From a virus (Duplodnaviria > Caudoviricetes), in the IMG/VR virus record IMGVR_UViG_3300032225_000732, positions 1 to 40,266 of that record: DNA of 40,266 bases; one strand, written 5' to 3'. The position numbers and the translations under genes are program-made. A model generated the notes under the pieces. The model was not told the DNA's origin and did no database searches. It saw only the letters and a program-made list of their open reading frames with translations. Of this stretch, positions 1 through 9,200 are shown one piece after another. Within the stretch, counting starts at the first letter, position 1, and every line of letters starts with the position of its first letter.

Positions 1-123
1 ACCCTTGCTGCCGTTGCAGGTGATACAAGCGCCACAGAGGTTCTCTGGTACGGTCAGGCCGCCCAGCACCTTGGGGATGATGTGGTCAAGCGTGGCGCTA
101 CGGGGGCCAAGCTGCTCGTTGCA
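1..123. repeat. Terminal direct repeat (copy 1), likely circular-assembly overlap
   Basis: 1-123 identical to 40144-40266; an ORF reads through the junction. Confidence 0.95.
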
Positions 124-234
124 GTAGGCGCAGCAGTAATCACTTCGTAATAACACTGCATCACGCCACCGCCGCTTCGCCTCCTTCCTCGGTATCAGCG
201 TCGTCCCATCGATCTGATGATCCACTGTTGGCAT
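1..234 (-). CDS. HNH endonuclease, 5' part (continues across the circular junction to stop at 40057-40059)
   Basis: Manual translation MPTVDHQIDG..RRWRDAVLLRSDYCCAYC..ATLDHIIPKVLGG..ENLCGACITCNGSKG; CxxC..DH..N..CxxCN HNH signature; 106 aa from ATG 234 (alternative GTG 225); absent from the ORF track. Confidence 0.88.
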   Translation of the reverse strand, partial: MPTVDHQIDGTTLIPRKEAKRRWRDAVLLRSDYCCAYCNEQLGPRSATLDHIIPKVLGGLTVPENLCGACITCNGSKG

Positions 235-391
235 CTGGCAGGGGGAACATTTCGATGTCAAGCGACAGCAGATCTTCTTCGTTCCCTATGAACTCAGAGA
301 TTCGTGCGTACACGTCCGCTGGCAACTCCTCCGGATCACTGTCCGAACGAATCACCACCTTGGCGGCGATCTCGAACAGGTATGGTTGCAC
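161..391 (-). CDS. Small acidic hypothetical protein
   Basis: 76-aa ORF preceded by TAGGCT -10 hexamer at 413-418. Confidence 0.6.
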   Translation of the reverse strand: MQPYLFEIAAKVVIRSDSDPEELPADVYARISEFIGNEEDLLSLDIEMFPLPDANSGSSDRWDDADTEEGGEAAVA

Positions 392-453
392 GGAGCAGTT
401 GCCGCTGCTACCAGCCTAGCTGGCGGCGGCAAACGTAAAGAAATGCAACAATA

Positions 454-506
454 TTGCCAGACGCGCCGTCTGCGGTGTATTCTGTTTCTACGGGAGGCAA
501 CTCCCG
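454..506 (+). promoter_or_regulatory. Sigma70-type early promoter with 5' hairpin
   Basis: TTGCCA(454-459)-18 nt-TATTCT(478-483), then CGGGAG-GCAA-CTCCCG (491-506). Confidence 0.6.
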
Positions 507-523
507 CCATTAAATCCAATCCA

Positions 524-682
524 ATGAACATCACACACGCTTCCACCAAGGCCGACATCATCGACGCATCCTGCGAGGTGATCGACACCCAAGCCGAGCA
601 GATCAACGACCTCAAGGAACGCCAACTGATCCTCTGGACCATCGTTGGCATCCTTACCGTGCTGCTTGCATTCGGCGCCTAA
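524..682 (+). CDS. Early hypothetical protein, coiled coil plus C-terminal TM helix
   Basis: ATG 524 ends a TCCAATCCAATG motif; MNITHAS..LILWTIVGILTVLLAFGA. Confidence 0.7.
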   Translation: MNITHASTKADIIDASCEVIDTQAEQINDLKERQLILWTIVGILTVLLAFGA

Positions 683-688
683 CTCCAC

Positions 689-709
689 GGGGCACTTCGG
701 TGCCCTTTT
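689..709 (+). terminator. Intrinsic terminator-like hairpin
   Basis: GGGCAC-TTCG-GTGCCC followed by TTTT; short U-tract, so possibly leaky. Confidence 0.65.
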
Positions 710-726
710 CATTACCATCCAATCCA

Positions 727-906
727 ATGACCTACTACCGCTGCGAATGCCTCGCTGAGGATCTGATCAACCGTTACATCGCACCCAAAACTGGCTGGGA
801 CAAAATCAAAGAGGAAGACTTCCAGCGCCTTGCTGACCTAATCTCAGATAAAGGCGCATGGGCAGGCTTTTGTATGGTGAAAGCAATCAGCAGCTGGATC
901 GACTAA
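727..906 (+). CDS. Early hypothetical protein
   Basis: ATG 727 ends a TCCAATCCAATG motif. Confidence 0.6.
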   Translation: MTYYRCECLAEDLINRYIAPKTGWDKIKEEDFQRLADLISDKGAWAGFCMVKAISSWID

Positions 907-908
907 CC

Positions 909-1079
909 ATGACCTACGCACTTTTAATTGATGCCATCCAAGTCGGACCATTCACGACCCACATTGCCGCCACGGTCTTTGCCGAGCAAAACGGTTTTGA
1001 TGACTACTCAATGATTGAGTTGTACGACCCCGCAGAAACGCCGGGTCTGATTCGTAGGCTGACGGAGGTGGCAGCGTGA
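909..1079 (+). CDS. Early hypothetical protein
   Basis: MTYALLIDAIQVGPF..; tightly packed with neighbours. Confidence 0.6.
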   Translation: MTYALLIDAIQVGPFTTHIAATVFAEQNGFDDYSMIELYDPAETPGLIRRLTEVAA

Positions 1080-1240
1080 CTAACCTCTCCCCCGCTGCAC
1101 AGGACGTTCAAGAATTGATGAATGCTTGGAACACCATTGTCACAAATGTTCGCGCACAATTTCCAAAAGCAACTAAAGAAAACATTTACCAATTTTCTAA
1201 GAATGCTTTTTATCACTCATTGAACTGGAAACCCAATTGA
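1076..1240 (+). CDS. Hypothetical protein (54 aa, starts MTNLSPAAQ)
   Basis: GTGA overlap upstream and TTGA overlap downstream; manual translation. Confidence 0.5.
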   Translation: MTNLSPAAQDVQELMNAWNTIVTNVRAQFPKATKENIYQFSKNAFYHSLNWKPN

Positions 1241-1665
1241 CCGACCCTGACGACCGTAAAGGTCAAATCTGCACAAAATGCGGTGTTGGCAATTACCAAG
1301 AAACCAATATTTACGATGACTGGGACGGAGTGCTTCACTGCACCAACAAAGAGTGCAACCACGAGGTAAAAAGGTACAAGTGGAAAGACAACCCTCCGCC
1401 GAAACCTGAAAAAGTTAAGCTATCGCCCGCCGCGCAGACAGTGTTTTACGCATTCAACAGTAAGTTTGATTGGATTGAGGATGGTGTGCCTGGGTTGCAA
1501 TTCAACGCTATTGCCGCCGCCCTTCGCGCTGCTGCGAATGAAGTGGCACCCGAAACACCCGAATCTGAGCTAGACGACCCCGACATGCTCAAGGGCATCT
1601 GGAGTGAGCGCCGCACCATCCGCGAAGAGCTTTTAGCTATCGCCGACGAGCTGGAAAAGCAGTAA
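1237..1665 (+). CDS. Zinc-ribbon plus LSPAAQ-type helical domain protein
   Basis: CTKC..CTNKEC, then LSPAAQ..IAAALRAAA..ELLAIADELE. Confidence 0.65.
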   Translation: MTDPDDRKGQICTKCGVGNYQETNIYDDWDGVLHCTNKECNHEVKRYKWKDNPPPKPEKVKLSPAAQTVFYAFNSKFDWIEDGVPGLQFNAIAAALRAAANEVAPETPESELDDPDMLKGIWSERRTIREELLAIADELEKQ

Positions 1666-1671
1666 CTTACT

Positions 1672-2187
1672 TTAACCTTTGCTCGCCGTAACGCCAAGAT
1701 CGCAGTTGTAGCGGCCGGTTTGGGCATATGTGCTTTCTGGTGTGCCTGACACCAAGATAAATTTCATCTGCCCAATCCGCATTCCAGGCCAAATCGGCAG
1801 CGCATTTAGCCGCCTGCTGTTCTTCAGTTCCATGGTCAGCCGTGACCCGTACCAACCTGGATCGCACCAGCCAGCCTCGGCATGATCCCAACCATCACGG
1901 GCACGGCTTGACTTAAGCACAAACTGCGCACCGACATAATCCGGCAGGTGGAAGATTTCCCTGGTTTCAGCAAGGAAAAATTCACCTGGCTTGATCCAAT
2001 ACGGCTGTTCTTCGCTGTAGTTATGAATGCCAGTGATCTCCAATTCACGCGTGCCGGTAACCTCGATCATGATCCGATCACCAAGCGTTACGTCTAGTGA
2101 TGCTGGGTTGAGGTGTGCTTCAACGTAAGGCGACACCATCTCCCGCATTTGGCAGAGGCGGCGGATCTCGTGGTCAGGAATCAGCAC
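1672..2187 (-). CDS. dcd: dCTP deaminase
   Basis: NPASLDVTLG, KSSRARDG, AGWCDPGWYG..LTMEL, PGMRIGQM motifs of the trimeric dCTP deaminase/dUTPase family. Confidence 0.9.
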   Translation of the reverse strand: MLIPDHEIRRLCQMREMVSPYVEAHLNPASLDVTLGDRIMIEVTGTRELEITGIHNYSEEQPYWIKPGEFFLAETREIFHLPDYVGAQFVLKSSRARDGWDHAEAGWCDPGWYGSRLTMELKNSRRLNALPIWPGMRIGQMKFILVSGTPESTYAQTGRYNCDLGVTASKG

Positions 2188-2212
2188 AGATAAAAATTAA
2201 GCGCACCGCAGC

Positions 2213-2896
2213 CTAAGCGATGATGCACCATCCTGAGCTGGGTCCATCGACCATCCAACGCGGCTCGAAGGTCTTGTAGTCGTAGTGTTGTTTGGCGCCA
2301 AAGGTGCTGCCGTACTCGCCGGTTGCAACGTTCATAGCGCCCCATGGATCGTGGACGATGTAGCCGGTAGCGTCGTACCCAATCATGCACAGCCAGTGGC
2401 CGCCACCTGATGGTGCTGAAGCTGACCCATGGTGCAGAAAACCAGCAGGCACCGGCTTGCCTGCGTCAATCTGCTGCTGCACTAAAGCGCGATTGCCGTT
2501 GGTCTTGAAACGCGCTGAAACACCGTAATGCTGTAACGCCTTGATCTGCACCGTCGAGTTGGTCGTGTCTCCGATCGTGAACACCGTCTTGATGTATTCA
2601 TCATCCGAGTGGATGACACCCGGCTTGAGCGTCATCAGCAGCATGGCGCAGCTTGAGCTGAAGCATGTCCGCCAGGCGTCGCGGTAGTTGTCCCGCTGGC
2701 TTTGGTACGGCGTAGGCAGTGGGTTGGTTGCCTGCTGTTTACCAGCCTGGCTCCAGGTCTTAAACCACGCTTGCTCGCGGCCAAGGATGTGCGGGTTGGC
2801 GTTGTTGATTGCCTCCTCCAGTTCGGAGATGGCGGCCATCTGGTAAGACAAACCTTTGTAATACTTGCAAAGGTCAATCAGTTTGATGCTGCTCAT
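2213..2896 (-). CDS. Endolysin, C39-like cysteine peptidase
   Basis: YQSQRDN..TCFSSSCAM (Cys), GGHWLCMIGYD (His), HDPWG; lies downstream of membrane genes. Confidence 0.8.
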   Translation of the reverse strand: MSSIKLIDLCKYYKGLSYQMAAISELEEAINNANPHILGREQAWFKTWSQAGKQQATNPLPTPYQSQRDNYRDAWRTCFSSSCAMLLMTLKPGVIHSDDEYIKTVFTIGDTTNSTVQIKALQHYGVSARFKTNGNRALVQQQIDAGKPVPAGFLHHGSASAPSGGGHWLCMIGYDATGYIVHDPWGAMNVATGEYGSTFGAKQHYDYKTFEPRWMVDGPSSGWCIIA

Positions 2897-3153
2897 TGGT
2901 TAGACCACGGGGATTGAATGCGCATCTCACCGCCAAGGTCGCGGCTGTCGCCTGTTTGCAACTCGTCGTTAATCGGCTGCTCGGTGTAGATCGGCTTTGG
3001 CTTCTGGCGTTCGATCTCGCAATCAATGACAGCCGCAGCTTCGGCTACAGCAACGTCAATCTTGGCGGGCAAGGTGGTCTCAAACTTCTTACGTTCGATG
3101 TACCGCTGTACCCGCTCAAAATCTGATCGCGTATCAAACTGCCAGATCAGTCC
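2893..3153 (-). CDS. -1 frame extension of the holin-like gene (predicted 133-aa fusion, 3293 to 2893)
   Basis: 86 open codons after A AAA AAG with no early ATG; its TGA overlaps the endolysin ATG (ATGA). Confidence 0.65.
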   Translation of the reverse strand, partial: GLIWQFDTRSDFERVQRYIERKKFETTLPAKIDVAVAEAAAVIDCEIERQKPKPIYTEQPINDELQTGDSRDLGGEMRIQSPWSNQ

Positions 3154-3293
3154 TTTTTTGGCTTCAGTGCCTTAAGGATTTGAAACACCAGTTGGATGAT
3201 GCTGTTTGCTTTCAATTTGGGATTGAGACCAATGATTTCGGATGCGGCTGCAACAGCAATCCAAAAGATTGGATTGGCAAGGATAGCTTCCAT
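3147..3293 (-). CDS. Holin-like small membrane protein (48 aa)
   Basis: MEAILANPIFWIAVAAASEIIGLNPKLKANSIIQLVFQILKALKPKKD; hydrophobic with basic C-terminus, upstream of endolysin; absent from the ORF track. Confidence 0.7.
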   Translation of the reverse strand: MEAILANPIFWIAVAAASEIIGLNPKLKANSIIQLVFQILKALKPKKD

Positions 3294-3318
3294 GACTGGA
3301 AAGGTGGTTTTGCCCAGT

Positions 3319-3561
3319 TTAGCGCCGTAGTTCCAGCTTGATCAAGCGGACATCATGATCCATAACCTTGTCTTCAACGTCACTAAGCTTTTTTTGGATC
3401 AACTGCTGGTTGCTGAGCACGTCGTCCAGCTTGGTTGGGACGGTGTAGCAAAGATAGAAGATGCCAGCACCAGCGCTGCCGACAGCAAGGACAACGATGC
3501 CAGCCAAAGCTTCTTGACGGACGCCGCGCCAAAACCCTGGTTGTGGTTCAGGGCTTGACAC
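3319..3561 (-). CDS. Lysis-cassette membrane protein (TM plus coiled coil)
   Basis: TM segment ALAGIVVLAVGSAGAGIFYL, then heptad-like region. Confidence 0.7.
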   Translation of the reverse strand: MSSPEPQPGFWRGVRQEALAGIVVLAVGSAGAGIFYLCYTVPTKLDDVLSNQQLIQKKLSDVEDKVMDHDVRLIKLELRR

Positions 3562-3585
3562 GGCGAGCAGTTAGGTACCCTTATT

Positions 3586-3723
3586 TTAACCCTTGCCTTG
3601 GCCACGACGCTTTTTACGGCCATGGTTTGGGCGTGAGCGTTTGCCTTGCCCTTGGTTAGTAAGCTTAGGTCTACCCGGCTGGTGGATGATATGTGATGCA
3701 CCAGCTTTTGCGCGTACTGCCAT
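3586..3723 (-). CDS. Small basic protein (45 aa)
   Basis: MAVRAKAG..RSRPNHGRKKRRGQGKG; TGATG overlap with upstream ORF. Confidence 0.6.
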   Translation of the reverse strand: MAVRAKAGASHIIHQPGRPKLTNQGQGKRSRPNHGRKKRRGQGKG

Positions 3724-3815
3724 CAGTCCTCGTCGTAGTTAGGTGGAGTTATCGCGATCAAGCTGTATCCCATGAGATATAGGCATATAACGATGCAAAA
3801 AACTAATCCAATCAT
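3723..3815 (-). CDS. 30-aa single-TM microprotein
   Basis: MIGLVFCIVICLYLMGYSLIAITPPNYDED; ATGA and TGATG overlaps at its two ends. Confidence 0.5.
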   Translation of the reverse strand: MIGLVFCIVICLYLMGYSLIAITPPNYDED

Positions 3816-4312
3816 GAGGATGGTATTTCAGGCCAGTTGATGTTCCAGGGAAAGCCTACCTGGCTAGTGACATCGCGAAGTTCTTGGCGATAGGCGGCCC
3901 AAGCTTTTGTATTAACGGGCGCATCAGCGAGTTGTGTCCAGTCACTTTCAGCTAAGCGCGCATTGCGATCAATACGAACTGATTCGCCTTGATTAGCGTC
4001 TTTGGCGCGACAATACTGCTCGTATTGTTCAGCTTCGGTGTGGACCACACCATCGGTATCGGTGTAGTCGGTAAAGGTTGGGCCAGCAACATACTTGGTA
4101 AACCATTGACCTTTGACCTTGACCGCACCATCCCGCTTGCTGTACTGGTACGGCGGGATGATAGTAGCTTGCGGACCTTCAAGCAGTTGGTCGTAACCAA
4201 AATCTGCAATGATTTCGGCAGTTAATATATCTGGAAACGATGTATCTGGATGCTCGAAACGGAGTTGGTCATCAGTGACGACAAGACCTGTGGTGCGATT
4301 CCGAAGTTCCAT
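3812..4312 (-). CDS. Tail fibre assembly chaperone-like protein
   Basis: C-terminal RNARLAESDWTQLAD..WAAYRQELRD..WPE motif; follows fibre genes. Confidence 0.75.
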   Translation of the reverse strand: MELRNRTTGLVVTDDQLRFEHPDTSFPDILTAEIIADFGYDQLLEGPQATIIPPYQYSKRDGAVKVKGQWFTKYVAGPTFTDYTDTDGVVHTEAEQYEQYCRAKDANQGESVRIDRNARLAESDWTQLADAPVNTKAWAAYRQELRDVTSQVGFPWNINWPEIPSS

Positions 4313-4316
4313 GTGC

Positions 4317-5324
4317 TTAGGCTATGGCAAGGTAGATAAAACTACCACCACTTGCGTTGATGGTAGTGAATGCAGTTGAAGTTATTTCAAAACCAAGAGA
4401 ATATGGATTAAGATAGTTGGTATTGGTGACTTCTGCAGCAGTTAAATCAGGTAATAGGTAAGGATCGTTTGAGCTACTAATTCCACGGGCTGTATCCCAT
4501 ATAAACCAGTTACTTGTGCTATCGGTACGTTTAATCATTATAAAACGAGCACCTGTTGTGAAACCGCAGTCAATTTGCATCCCTGTGCCATTGCCTGTGT
4601 ACGTTCCACAGTTAATTACATTAGCAGTTCCACTAGCTCCAAATCCTCCAGCATTGTGAGCAAAGATATAAGCAACGTAGGTACCACCAGAAGCATTCAC
4701 CGTTGTGGCTGTACCAAGACTAAATACACTGCTAGTTGGGGATGTACTATTCCATCGAGTAGCGCCAGTTGCTTTTGCTGCTGTTGTATTGAGTACTAGA
4801 TACTCCGTATTTGCAATGCCACGGTGATAAATTTGCCAGGCTGCTGCAGTGTCAGTACGTTTTACAAGAATGCAACCAGGCTGGCTGCCAAGGTCATGAG
4901 CAATAGTGCGGTTAGCACCTGTACCCGTATAAGTTACAATATCAAAAAATTTTGGTGTTTCTCGGAATGTCCAAGATATAAAAGTATTACCGTTAGCATT
5001 ATTAGTTTCGTTAGTACCCGTAACAGCAAAACCAGTAGAATTAAAAGAATTAACGCCAGAAGTGTCAGCTTGTTGACCTAATGGTTCACTCGAAACAAGC
5101 GTATAATTTGCGCCACGAACTGTATCGGTAAGAACATGTGATGCTGTTGCACTGCCACGATTTTTAATCCAGACTAATCCACCCTTACCACTTAAACTAA
5201 TTCCATTTGTAACAGTTTGAGTGCCACCATTACCTGTATAAAGAAAAGGACTGAATACATCTGTTGCATTTATAACAGCGCTACCAGCTGAACCCATTAA
5301 AAGTGTAAAAGTGTTTAAGTCCAT
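4317..5324 (-). CDS. Tail fibre-associated structural protein
   Basis: Three YTGNG/YTGTG..(W/L/M)(I/V)K-R repeats; Thr/Gly/Ser-rich; in tail module. Confidence 0.7.
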   Translation of the reverse strand: MDLNTFTLLMGSAGSAVINATDVFSPFLYTGNGGTQTVTNGISLSGKGGLVWIKNRGSATASHVLTDTVRGANYTLVSSEPLGQQADTSGVNSFNSTGFAVTGTNETNNANGNTFISWTFRETPKFFDIVTYTGTGANRTIAHDLGSQPGCILVKRTDTAAAWQIYHRGIANTEYLVLNTTAAKATGATRWNSTSPTSSVFSLGTATTVNASGGTYVAYIFAHNAGGFGASGTANVINCGTYTGNGTGMQIDCGFTTGARFIMIKRTDSTSNWFIWDTARGISSSNDPYLLPDLTAAEVTNTNYLNPYSLGFEITSTAFTTINASGGSFIYLAIA

Positions 5325-5329
5325 GTAGT

Positions 5330-6259
5330 TTAAGTAGTGTAGTTAATCAAGCTTGCGGCACGCCATCGAGTTCCACCATCGTCGGTAATAAACATGAATA
5401 AGTGCGTTTTACCCGTGGTTAGAGTTGGCGTTACGCTGCCTGGCCACTCTACACCGCTAAACCACGTGACGGTTCCACTGGTATGGGTCAGTTCCAAGGT
5501 AAAGGCATAGGCTCGACTCGATGGAACATTACTAACTGTGAAGGTGCTCGAACCTGAAATTGTTTTGGTGAAATAGTTGCCAGTGCTGCAATCAATGTCG
5601 AGCGCTGAAACTGCTGTTAAATTGCCGCGATAACTGCCATTTACATAGATAGCTCCTGTAAAAGTAGGACTTGGAAATGACGAAGCCCAGTTAAGGATTC
5701 CACTGCCGTCGGTCTGCAGTACCTGTCCGTTTGTGCCATCAGCACTTGGAAGTGTCAGCGTAAAATTGGTGGCGATGGAGCCAGGTGCCTGCAATGCAAT
5801 CCAATTGCTGCTGTCTAGGTCAGCAAAACGCAAATCGCTTTGACCGTTGAGCGTAAGATTGCTGGTGAGTGTGCCACCAGTCAATGCCAGGTAGGTGTTT
5901 GCTGCGGATGCCGTTGTCAGGTAACCACTAATGCTGGCACCAGAAGGGATGGTGACTGAGCCAGTAAATGTCGGGCTAGCTAGCGGCGCATAGGTGCTTG
6001 CAGCAGTGGCAGTGCTGAGTAGTCCAAGATTTACCGCTGTAACGTCACCAATTGTGATCCATGCCGAGTTTGCAGCATTGCGGATTTTTAACAGTGCTGG
6101 ACTAACTCCGGTATCAATCCACTTCTGGTACGCATACGTCGTAGTTGGGGCAGTCGAACCAGAATTTTGGCTGACAACTGCCGCAAGGATAGAATTTAGT
6201 TCTGTGCGAAAGCCGGAACCGCTTTGATTGGCAATCGAATAGTCTGTTGCTTGTGCCAT
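5330..6259 (-). CDS. Tail fibre protein
   Basis: DYSIANQSG..RTELNSIL N-terminus, APLASPTFTG, LTLPSADGTNGQVLQTDGSG fibre motifs. Confidence 0.75.
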   Translation of the reverse strand: MAQATDYSIANQSGSGFRTELNSILAAVVSQNSGSTAPTTTYAYQKWIDTGVSPALLKIRNAANSAWITIGDVTAVNLGLLSTATAASTYAPLASPTFTGSVTIPSGASISGYLTTASAANTYLALTGGTLTSNLTLNGQSDLRFADLDSSNWIALQAPGSIATNFTLTLPSADGTNGQVLQTDGSGILNWASSFPSPTFTGAIYVNGSYRGNLTAVSALDIDCSTGNYFTKTISGSSTFTVSNVPSSRAYAFTLELTHTSGTVTWFSGVEWPGSVTPTLTTGKTHLFMFITDDGGTRWRAASLINYTT

Positions 6260-9200
6260 TAGGTGATCTGTCTACCGTGGCCAACGGCTTGGTAGTCGAA
6301 TACTTTCGATATTGTACTGCCTCCTTGCTTAAAAGTTATGGTAAACCCGGTGCGGCTGATACTGGTCAATGCAAAATCCTCAGTATGGGCCATGTCCCTT
6401 GGCGTGATAGTGATGCTGGGAACCGTGTAAAAAGCAGTTGGGAAAGTGACTGTATAGCTACTGGTTCCACTTGTCAAACTGCTCTGGGTTTCGGTGCGAC
6501 GCTGCAGTTGAACTACAACACCAAGTTCCTGAACAGCAACATTTTCGTTTTGGTTGCTGGTGGTAACTGTAAGTCCGAACTGAAATCCTCTGCCACGGGT
6601 AGTGCTATTTACAAATGGCTGCCATGAACTCCAGGTAGGAGAACTGCTAGGATTGGTATTAGTGGTGCGAACGTACATACTACAATTGGCTTGTCCGAAA
6701 ACAGCACCATCAATATCAGTCCAATAATCTATATCTTCTACGCGACTATCCCAAAGATTACCAGGCTGGTAGGAACGTGTTTTCAAGATGTTGCGCAGAT
6801 CAATATCGTAAACAGCGCCAAGGTCTAGTGTTTCGTTGAATTGATAACTGCCTGAACTTATGGGACTTCCCGTCAGGATCAATCCATTTTCGCCAGAACT
6901 GTAGGCCATAGATGTAGAAGTACCGTTAAATGGTGGACTATTATCTTCCTCCCGATACTCTTGAGCAAGGTATGTATCCTGTGGAGATGGTAACCGTGCA
7001 ATTACACTTGCAGTACCAGCTGATTCATTACCGAGACTATCAACAGCGCGAATAAAATAAATACCTTCAAGTAATGGAACAATCTTGCGAGTGGCATTAC
7101 CTGGAATAGCAGGAACAATATCATTGGATTGCCCCCAGGTAGCTGTTCCATCAATTAAAGGACAATGGCGAATGCGGATCTGACCTCCAATGCGCACGTC
7201 AATATCCTGTGCTTGAGGCCAGTACAATTCTGCGCTCTTATCATCAATTGGCGCAATAAAGAGATTTGGGATTGTTGCTGGTGGTGCGGTTTTACCAATA
7301 GCATTAAACGTTAGCAATGCTGGCACTGATGTTTTTAGTGTTACCGAGACTGCTGATATTTCAAAGTTGTATCGCCCAATGCCTGTGTTAAGAATTTCAA
7401 AATCTGGCGATACAGATTCAGCGATGACCCAGTTATTGCTACCAATGCGGTACCTAATTTTATACGAAACGCTACGCAGATTTGATTGCCAACTAAGAAT
7501 AATTTTTGAGAGGACTTGTCCGCTATTTTCGTATAACAGTTCTTTAGCAGTTAAGTTTGTGGGCGTAAGAGGTGCTTCATTAAGATTGCTGATGTCCCGT
7601 GTTGTCAAAGGAATGTCGCGCTCGACGTAGTTATACTTGCTTGGATTATATGATAATGCTGTTACGACATAACTAGTTTCGTCTTGTTCGACAACAGATA
7701 GAACGCGAAAAAGCTGTGTTTCAATACTGCTATCTTGATAAATCCAGATACTACCCGATTGGGGAGTGTCACTGAAAGCACTGGTAACGGTAAATACTGC
7801 ATTATTACGGCTGCTGATTGCTCTACTTTCAATTGTTCCATTAGGTAAAACAACTGAAATAGTAGAACTAGACCCTGAAAAGCTTATTGATGATACATCA
7901 TCCGCCGTAATAGTGGTAGGTGTTGCGCGAATGATGCGGCCACCTGTACGCTCTCCAGAACGTACAGGATCAGCAACTTGAATAATTTGTCCTGGACGCA
8001 CTAAACTACCGGCATCAATTCCAGTAGTAAAGCTGCAGGTTTCGGATTCATTTTGTGCTGTGTATAATAACCATTCCCCTACTCGGCGGGCCTGTGATCG
8101 GCTAGTACAGGCAAAAGCGTCAAGTTCAGTTTTAATAATTCCATAATTACTAATTGCTTTTTGATCTTCTACAACTTCAAATGCAGCATCTCGTGTACCA
8201 TTAATATCAAAATATTTAACCACTGCAACTGTAGCACGAGTTTTTAATGCACTACCTGCGTAGGAAAAACCAGCTGGGCTTACATTACTGGTATTGAATA
8301 GGTAGGTTGGGTCTGCTGGGCGATCCTGGGAAATTGAAATAGAACCAGCACTCCAAAAAGGCATGGCACGAAAGATTGACGCCATCTGGTTAATGACGTT
8401 ATAAGCCTCATCTTGCGTTTGAATATTAACGTTGCAAGCAAAGCGCGGTTCTCCGCCACCTTTGCCATCGGAAACTATAGTGCCAGCATATTGACTGGCC
8501 GCAAAAAAACTCCACTTATCTAAAATGCCGGCGTCAATATGATTACCTGTTCCATAGCGTTTTGATGTCAGCAAATCCCATAAACACCATGCAGGATCCG
8601 TTGTCCACTGTGCTTGTGCAAAAGTACCATTCCATGTGCCTCCATATGAAATAGCTCCATTAACTGGGTTAACTGTAGCATTACTTGGAATCGCAACTTT
8701 TAAACCTCGAATGCGATATTTACGTGATGGAATATTTCCAAATTGTGTGGCGTCTACACGGATACCAGCCAGAACACTGTTTGGATACCGCAACCGGGAG
8801 TATTTAATTTCAGTGTACGAAGTCCAGACAAGCTCTCCATTTTTCAGTGTAGATGCAAAATCAGGTGTTAATCGAATCACTCGGACATCAACTGGCAAAC
8901 TTCCTGTTAATGCAAAACGTATTTCCCTTTGGTACAAATCAGTTGTTCGGCCATTAAAACTGTCAGTAATTACTCGTACAAAAGCACCACCGTTATACGA
9001 TACCTCTACAGCAAAATCAATTAAAACACCTACAATATCACCATTATCTAAAAACTCTTGCATCTGTGGAGTAGACAGAGTTAAGCGAATAGCGTTAATG
9101 CCAACACTGTTAATTGTGCGTGTAATTGGAGTATCAGGATTTATTATTACACCAACGCTATATTCGGATTGAATTGTTCCTGATAAAGGGATGGCTTCTT

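Noticed and set aside
2896-3126. 76-aa plus-strand ORF in the lysis region
   Set aside because: Antisense shadow of the minus-strand -1 frame that is coupled to the endolysin
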